From contig JBGANV010000002.1 in NCBI GenBank assembly GCA_044222185.1, positions 224,001 to 288,000 on the forward strand: a stretch of DNA of 64,000 nucleotides. The letters are read 5' to 3'. A program made the translations under genes and the position numbers. Under the pieces are notes generated by a model that was not told the DNA's origin, made no database searches, and saw nothing but the letters and a program-made list of their open reading frames with translations. This stretch comes from Planctomycetota bacterium (GTDB lineage: Bacteria; Planctomycetota; GCA-002687715; CAIWVZ01). Positions 58,138 to 64,000 of this stretch are shown here, piece by piece; the stretch's first letter is position 1; every line of letters begins with the position of its first letter.

Positions 58138-58171
58138 CGCATGTTGATACGAAGATGCGCATAAACATCCA
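58138..58171 (-). promoter_or_regulatory. Tandem ARG-box-like operator upstream of argR
   Basis: Minus-strand TGGATGTTTATGCG (58171-58158) and CGTATCAACATGCG (58151-58138) are two TGCAT-N4-ATGCA-like half-sites at a 20-bp period. They sit in an AT-rich patch about 65-100 bp upstream of argR. Confidence 0.65.
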
Positions 58172-58203
58172 GCTCCCCCCGCGAGATTTTCTCGCCGCCG
58201 CTC

Positions 58204-59433
58204 GGAACGCCACGCTCGGCGTGGCCGGTTGGCGAGACCGCCGGGCTCTCAATCGCGGCGAGGTGGGCCGGACGACGCGCCCGCTCTGGCACCGCACGCG
58301 GCGGGTTCCCGGCAGGGCGGGAGCCCTGCCGTCCAGCCGCGTGAAACGCGGCGCTCCGGAACGCCACGCTCGGCGTGGCCAGTTGGCGAGACCGCCGGGC
58401 TCGCCGGGGAATCGCCCGCGAGGTCTCAATCGCGGCGAGGTGGGCCGGACGACGCGCCCGCTCTGGCATCGCACGCGGCGGGTTCCCGGCAGGGCCGGAG
58501 CCCTGCCGTCCAGCCGCGTGAAACGCGGCGCTCCGGAGCGCCACGCTCGGCGTGGCCGGTTGGCGAGACCTCCGGGCTCGCCGGGGAATCGCCCGCGAGG
58601 TCTCGATCGCGGCGAGGTGTGCCGGACGACGCGCCCGCTCTGGCATCGCACGCGGCGAGTTCCCGGCAGGGCGGGAGCCCTGCCGTCCAGCCGCGTGAAA
58701 CGCGGCGCTCCGGAACGCCACGCTCCGCGTGGCCGGTTGGCGAGACCGCCGGGCTCGCCGGGGAATCACCCACGAGGTCTCAATCGCGGCGAGGTTGCCG
58801 CGCGACGCGCCCGCTCTGGCATCGCACTCGGCGGGTTCCCGGCAGGGCGGGAGCCCTGCCATCCAGCCGCGTGAAACGCGGCGCTCCGGAACGCCACGCT
58901 CGGCGTGGCCGGTTGGCGAGACCTCCGGGCTCGCCGGGGAATCGCCCGCGAGGTCTCAATCGCGGCGAGGTTGCCGCGCGACGCGCCCGCTCTGGCATCG
59001 CACGCGGCGAGTTCCCGGCAGGGCGGGAGCCCTGCCGTCCAGCCGCGTGAAACGCGGCGCTCCGGAACGCCACGCTCCGCGTGGCCGGTTGGCGAGACCT
59101 CCGGGCTGCCGGGGAATCGCCCGCGAGGTCTCAATCGCGGCTGCCGCGCGACGCGCCCGCTCTGGCATCGCACGCGGCGGTTCCCGGCAGGGCGGGACGA
59201 GCCGCGTGGTCTCGGAACGCCACGCTCCGCGTGGTTGGCGAGACCGCCGGGCTCGCCGGGGATCGCCCGCGAGGTCTCGATCGCGGCGAGGTGGGCCGGA
59301 CGACGCGCCCGCGCTGGCATCGCACGCGGCGGGTTCCCGGCAGGGCTGGAGCCCTGCCGTCCAGCCGCGTGAAACGCGGCGCTCCGGAACGCCACGCTCC
59401 GCGTGGCCGGTCGGCGAGACCGCCGGGCTCGCC
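58204..59433 (+). repeat. Tandem array (~7 copies, mostly 176-177-bp period) of the multi-hairpin REP/BIME-like element
   Basis: The GGCAGGGC-N4-GCCCTGCC stem starts at 58311, 58488, 58665, 58841, 59017, 59186 (degenerate) and 59339. Units are near-identical with no unique spacers. Confidence 0.93.
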
Positions 59434-59551
59434 GAGATTGACGGCCGGCGCCGCACCAGCGCCGGCGGAGTCAGCCTCGGGCGCGGTCATTGCACGCGGC
59501 GGTCCGGAACCTGGACAGCTCTCGGCTGTTCTGTTGCAGTGAGACTGCCTT

Positions 59552-62359
59552 ATGAGACTTCCCGTCGCCGCGAGTTCGTTGCTCATCCTGATGCCCGCCA
59601 TCCTCGCCGCGCAGGACTCGCGCTCATCGATTCCGCAAGCGTCGCGCGCTCCCACGGACTTGGCACGCGCGTTCGACCGCTACACCAACCACGTCCGCAC
59701 CCGGTGGGATGACAGTCTCTTCTTCGTCGAGTCCGACGGCATTCCCGACCACCAGATGATGGTGGGCATCACGGCGTGGCAGCAGCAGGTCCCATTGCCC
59801 CAGGTCTACACGGGTCAGAACGCGTGGCAGTTCCCCCTTCGACCGGCGGTCGCCGCGAACCCGACCTCGGCGCGCACGCACTTCTTCCGCGGAGCCATCG
59901 CCATCGCCGTGAACGGGGTACCGATCTTCAACCCCATCAAGAACGACGGGACGACGGACACGTTTCTCGCTGGCGAGCTCGACCTCTTCGGCGGCCACTC
60001 CGGTCGCGCAGACGACTACCACTACCACCTGGCGCCCGCGTTCCTGAACGCGGAGGACCCGGCCAAGCCCGTGGCCTACGCGCTCGACGGCTACCCCATC
60101 TTCGGGTTCAAGGAGCCGGACGGCTCGCCCACTCGCGCACTCGATCCCTTCAATGGCCACGATGACCCGAAGCTCGGGTACCACTATCACGCGACGAAAT
60201 CGTACCCCTACCTGAACGGCGGCTTCCACGGCGAGGTCACCGAGCGCGAGGGCCAGGTCGATCCGCAGCCCCATGCGCATCCGATCCGCCCGGCGACGAC
60301 TCCGCTGCGTGGCGCTCGCATCACGGACTTCAGGACCCTGGCCAGTGGCAAGTCCTTCGAGCTCACCTACGAGCAGGCCGGCAAGACGGGATCCGTGCAC
60401 TACACGATCGTCGGCGACGGGACACACCGGTTCACCTTCACGAACACGGACGGCACGACACACGAGGAAACCTACGCCGCCGGTCCCGTGCGCGCAGCCA
60501 CGCCCGCGCCCGCGTCCCGCCCCACCGACCGCCCCAAGCCGCCACGCGGCGGACCGGACCCTGCCGATCCGAATCGCAAGCCGTGGATCGTCGACCACGT
60601 GGCAGAGATGGACCAGAACCACGACGGAGTCCTCACACGGGCCGAGATGACGACCGAGATCCGAACGACGTTCACCGGCTACGACCGCGACGCGGACGGC
60701 AAGGTCACGGCCGCCGAGCGCGACACCCGCGACGGCGTCCGATCGGCCATGGGCGGGTTCGTGCGTGCGCACTGGGCCGAAGTCGACGCAGACCACGACG
60801 GCTCGGTCACCGCGGACGAACTCGAGCGGAGTGGCCTGTCCATGTTCGACAAGGCGGATCGGGATGGGAACGCATCCCTCTCCGCCGCTGAGCTCACTCA
60901 GCAGGCCCCGGCGCCGCCACAGGACGCGGGCCCCGCCAGCCGTCCCGCGCGCGGCGGCGGTCAGCGGCGCGGTGAGGGCCGAGGCGCCGAATCACGCCGG
61001 ACGACGCGCGCGCGCCCACCGGATGGATTCCGCCTCGACGTTCCGAACCGTCCCTTCGATCTGATCCTGACGCGCCCGACGAAGACTTCGATCACCGCCA
61101 GTCTCTACACCGCCGAGGACCTCGAAGGGTTCATCGAGTTCGGGCCCGAAGGAATTCGCGAGCGCAAGAAGTCACCCGTCCGGACGTTCTCCGCGGGCAA
61201 GCCCGCAGAGATCCTCATGGACGGCCTGAACGCCGACACGGCCTGCACGTATCGCTTCTTCCATCGCGCCGCCGGCACCAACGCCACGGACTTCGAGGGC
61301 AGCGAACCCAAGACGTTCCACACGCAGCGAGCGCGCGGCCAGTCCTTCGAATTCACCGTCCAGGCGGATTCGCACCTGGATCCCGGCACCGATCTCGCCG
61401 TGTACACCCGCACGCTCCAAAACGTCGTGATGGATCATCCGGACTTTCACGTCGACCTCGGCGACACGTTCATGACGGACAAACGCCGCGGCAACTTCCG
61501 TACGGCCCTGCTCCAATACCAGGCGCAGCGGTGGTACTTCGGGATCGTCGGTGTGGCTTCGCCGGTCTTCCTCACGGTCGGCAACCACGACGGCGAGATC
61601 GGCTGGCGCGATCAGGGCGATGCCAACGACATGCCTCACTGGTCGAATGCGCAGCGCAAGCTGTACTTCCCCGGGCCCGAACCCGGTGGGATCTACACCG
61701 GCAACACCACGCCGGATGCCGTGAACGGCCTGCTCCAGAACTACTACGCGTTCGAATGGGGCGATGCGCTCTTCGTCGTGCTCGACCCGTTCTGGGCGAC
61801 GCGCGATCACCGAGGCAAGGCCGATGACCGGTGGTCGTGGACACTCGGCGAAGCGCAGTATCGCTGGCTCACGAAAACCGTCACCGAGAGCCGAGCGAAG
61901 TTCAAATTCGTGTTCATCCACCACCTGGTCGGCGGGGCCGACGCCGAAGCCCGCGGCGGTTCGGAGGCGTCCGTGTTCGGCGAATGGGGCGGACGTGACG
62001 CTGACGGCACGCTCGCGTTCCCACAGCGCCGGCGTGGATGGGACGCGCCGATTCACGACCTGCTGCGCCGCGCCGGCGTGCAGGTCGTGTTCCACGGGCA
62101 CGACCACTTCTTCGCGGAGCAGGATCGGGACGGCATCGTCTATCAACTCGTGCCGCAGCCCGGACACCTGGGCAACGATGCCGAGAAGATGGCCGCCGAA
62201 TATGGCTATGCGTCAGGCACGATCCTCCCCCCGCCCGGGTACATGCGCGTGCGCGTCGCGCCCGAGGCGTCGGTGGTCGAGTTCGTACGCTCATCGGTGC
62301 GTGATGCCCGGTCGAACGGCCGCGTGGTTCATTCCTACACCCTGACGGCGCCGAAGTGA
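59552..62359 (+). CDS. Secreted fusion protein: YHYH domain, EF-hand repeats, and FN3 plus calcineurin-like metallophosphoesterase
   Basis: Signal peptide. GAIAIAVNGVPIFNP, DDYHYH, ALDGYPIFG and GYHYH. EF-hand loops DQNHDGVLT, DRDADGKVT, DADHDGSVT and DRDGNASLS. Phosphoesterase motifs ADSH, DLGD, GNHD and GHDH. Confidence 0.88.
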   Translation: MRLPVAASSLLILMPAILAAQDSRSSIPQASRAPTDLARAFDRYTNHVRTRWDDSLFFVESDGIPDHQMMVGITAWQQQVPLPQVYTGQNAWQFPLRPAVAANPTSARTHFFRGAIAIAVNGVPIFNPIKNDGTTDTFLAGELDLFGGHSGRADDYHYHLAPAFLNAEDPAKPVAYALDGYPIFGFKEPDGSPTRALDPFNGHDDPKLGYHYHATKSYPYLNGGFHGEVTEREGQVDPQPHAHPIRPATTPLRGARITDFRTLASGKSFELTYEQAGKTGSVHYTIVGDGTHRFTFTNTDGTTHEETYAAGPVRAATPAPASRPTDRPKPPRGGPDPADPNRKPWIVDHVAEMDQNHDGVLTRAEMTTEIRTTFTGYDRDADGKVTAAERDTRDGVRSAMGGFVRAHWAEVDADHDGSVTADELERSGLSMFDKADRDGNASLSAAELTQQAPAPPQDAGPASRPARGGGQRRGEGRGAESRRTTRARPPDGFRLDVPNRPFDLILTRPTKTSITASLYTAEDLEGFIEFGPEGIRERKKSPVRTFSAGKPAEILMDGLNADTACTYRFFHRAAGTNATDFEGSEPKTFHTQRARGQSFEFTVQADSHLDPGTDLAVYTRTLQNVVMDHPDFHVDLGDTFMTDKRRGNFRTALLQYQAQRWYFGIVGVASPVFLTVGNHDGEIGWRDQGDANDMPHWSNAQRKLYFPGPEPGGIYTGNTTPDAVNGLLQNYYAFEWGDALFVVLDPFWATRDHRGKADDRWSWTLGEAQYRWLTKTVTESRAKFKFVFIHHLVGGADAEARGGSEASVFGEWGGRDADGTLAFPQRRRGWDAPIHDLLRRAGVQVVFHGHDHFFAEQDRDGIVYQLVPQPGHLGNDAEKMAAEYGYASGTILPPPGYMRVRVAPEASVVEFVRSSVRDARSNGRVVHSYTLTAPK

Positions 62360-62408
62360 TGGCCAAGGGCGACGCGTCGGGCTGGAGCGCTCACAGGAGC
62401 TTTTTCGC

Positions 62409-63854
62409 ATGATCCTTCTTCGGTGGAGCCTCGCGGCGCTCGCAGCGGCGTTCACGCTTCTGCGCACCGTTCCGCCCGAGGACACGATCAACCAGATCCT
62501 GGGCCGTCCCACGGATCGATCCATCACGCTGAGCGTCCTGTCGTCCGCCGAGATCGAGGCCTACGTCGAGTTCGGCAAGACGCGGCAGACCTGGGATGGC
62601 AAGACCGCCACTACGATCGTGAAGGCCAACGCTCCCACTGAGATCGAGTTGAAGGGGCTTCAACCGAACACCCGCTACGTGTACCGCCTGATGTCGCGAC
62701 ATCCGGGCGAGCCCGGATATCGCGCCGGGACGGAAGGCACGTTCCACACGCAGCGGGCGCCGGGCAGCACCTACACGTTCGCCCTGCAGGGCGATTCCCA
62801 CCCGGAACGTTCGGGAAAGATGTACGGCGCCGACCTCTACCGCGTGACGATGCAGAACGTGGCGAAGGACCCACCCGACTTCTACATCACCCTCGGCGAT
62901 GATTTCAGCATCGAGCGTCTCATCAGCCGCAAGACGATCGATCAAACCGGCGTAGATCGCGTCTACGCGCATCAGCGGCCGTTTCTCTCCATGGTCGGTT
63001 CGTCGTCGTCGCTCTTCCTCGTGAATGGCAATCACGAACAGGCGGCCCGCTATCTCCTGGATGGCACGCCGAACAATCCGGCGGTGATGGCCGGCCGGGC
63101 GCGCACCAGGTATTTCCCGCTCCCCGCGCCCGATGGGTTCTACACGGGCGACGAGGAGATGGTCGACCACATCGGCCTCCTGCGTGATTACTACGCGTGG
63201 AGTTGGGGCGATGCGCTGTTCGTGGTGATCGATCCTTACTGGCACTCGTCCGTCGCCGTCGACAACGAGGCCGGAGCCGAGCATCAGGACAAGGACGCGA
63301 AGTCGAAAGGGCGGCGCGACCAATGGGACATCACGCTGGGTGATGCTCAATACAAATGGCTGACGAAGACGCTGACGGAGAGCCGCGCGCGTTTCAAATT
63401 CGTGTTCTCACATCACGTGCTCGGCACGGGCCGCGGTGGCGTGGAATGCGCGACGGGCTTCGAGTGGGGCGGTCTCGATCGGCGTGGAGTCTCCGCGTTC
63501 GCGCAGAAGCGGCCCGGATGGGAACTTCCCATCCACCAGCTCATGGTGAAGACCGGCGTGACGATCTTCTTCCAGGGGCACGATCACATCTATGCGCGTC
63601 AGGAGTTGGATGGCGTCGTGTATCAGTCGACGCCCAATCCGGCCGACTCCACGTATACGGCGTTCAATCGGCAGGCCTATCGCTCCGGTGACGTACTGCC
63701 CAACTCCGGGCACCTGCGAGTCACCGTGGCGCCCGAATCCGTGCGCGTGGATTACGTTCGCTCGTTCCTGCCGAAGGACGAGACGGAGAAGGTGCGAAAC
63801 GGCGAGGTGGCTCACAGCTACACCGTGAAGGCGCGGTTTCCTGTTGGGAAATGA
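62409..63854 (+). CDS. Secreted purple-acid-phosphatase-like metallophosphoesterase (FN3 plus calcineurin-like)
   Basis: Signal peptide, GLQPNTRYVYR (FN3), GDSH, TLGDD, GNHE, SHH and GHDH. It is a paralog of the C-terminal half of the upstream gene. Confidence 0.9.
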   Translation: MILLRWSLAALAAAFTLLRTVPPEDTINQILGRPTDRSITLSVLSSAEIEAYVEFGKTRQTWDGKTATTIVKANAPTEIELKGLQPNTRYVYRLMSRHPGEPGYRAGTEGTFHTQRAPGSTYTFALQGDSHPERSGKMYGADLYRVTMQNVAKDPPDFYITLGDDFSIERLISRKTIDQTGVDRVYAHQRPFLSMVGSSSSLFLVNGNHEQAARYLLDGTPNNPAVMAGRARTRYFPLPAPDGFYTGDEEMVDHIGLLRDYYAWSWGDALFVVIDPYWHSSVAVDNEAGAEHQDKDAKSKGRRDQWDITLGDAQYKWLTKTLTESRARFKFVFSHHVLGTGRGGVECATGFEWGGLDRRGVSAFAQKRPGWELPIHQLMVKTGVTIFFQGHDHIYARQELDGVVYQSTPNPADSTYTAFNRQAYRSGDVLPNSGHLRVTVAPESVRVDYVRSFLPKDETEKVRNGEVAHSYTVKARFPVGK

Positions 63855-63915
63855 CTGCTGGACCGGATCCGCTCTGGGCGCGCGGCGGCGATGTCAGACG
63901 CGATCATTGCTCGGT

Positions 63916-64000
63916 GCGGGTTCCCGGCAGGGCTGGAGCCCTGCCATCCAGCCGCGTGAAACGCGGCGTTCCGGAACGCCACGCTCCGCGTGGCCGGTTG
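63916..64000 (+). repeat. Further copy of the REP/BIME-like element (runs off the window end)
   Basis: GCGGGTTCCCGGCAGGGCTGGAGCCCTGCCATCCAGCCGCGTGAAACGCGGCGTTCCGGAACGCCACGCTCCGCGTGGCC matches the unit of the 58.2-59.4 kb array. Confidence 0.9.

Noticed and set aside
58204-59433. CRISPR array
   Set aside because: Units are about 177 bp and near-identical end to end, with no unique spacers and no cas genes in the window.
57864-59712. Many overlapping ORFs across the repeat array (also 12052-13451)
   Set aside because: They are translations of GC-rich tandem repeats, open in several frames on both strands, with no RBS or protein-like composition.
1-64000. tRNA, rRNA, tmRNA, RNase P, IS/transposase, integrase or prophage genes
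   Set aside because: No diagnostic motifs were recognised by eye. Small RNAs could have been missed without covariance-model searches.

Overview
This is a high-GC, densely coding bacterial window. Its gene content suggests an uncultured Planctomycetota-like lineage (inference from TPR-bearing Ser/Thr kinases, kinase-associated and membrane-anchored ECF sigma factors, and many large secreted proteins). It contains about 40 genes: two Ser/Thr kinases, three ECF sigma factors, a sugar ABC transporter with its binding protein fused to a permease, an 11-repeat Ig-like surface protein, two GT-C-like membrane proteins, an M1 aminopeptidase, a baeRF3/Balon-like factor and two metallophosphoesterases. 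A nine-gene arginine operon (argR-argG-X-argC-argD-argF'-argB-argE-argH) has tandem ARG-box-like sites. The most interesting signal is that operon. It lacks argA and argJ, carries a translationally coupled DUF1611/DgcN-related P-loop gene X in their place, and its transcarbamylase has Ala at the acetyl/succinyl specificity position. This points to a non-canonical N-acyl (possibly N-succinyl) glutamate synthase route. Other notable items are three arrays of a multi-hairpin REP-like element with compensatory base changes, a domain shared by five or six secreted proteins, a circularly permuted Tat-exported D-amino-acid oxidase, a histone-H1-like tail fused to a DinB domain, and a gene frameshifted by an 11-bp tandem duplication. 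No rRNA, tRNA, CRISPR array or transposase was seen. All family assignments come from motif recognition by eye, not database searches.
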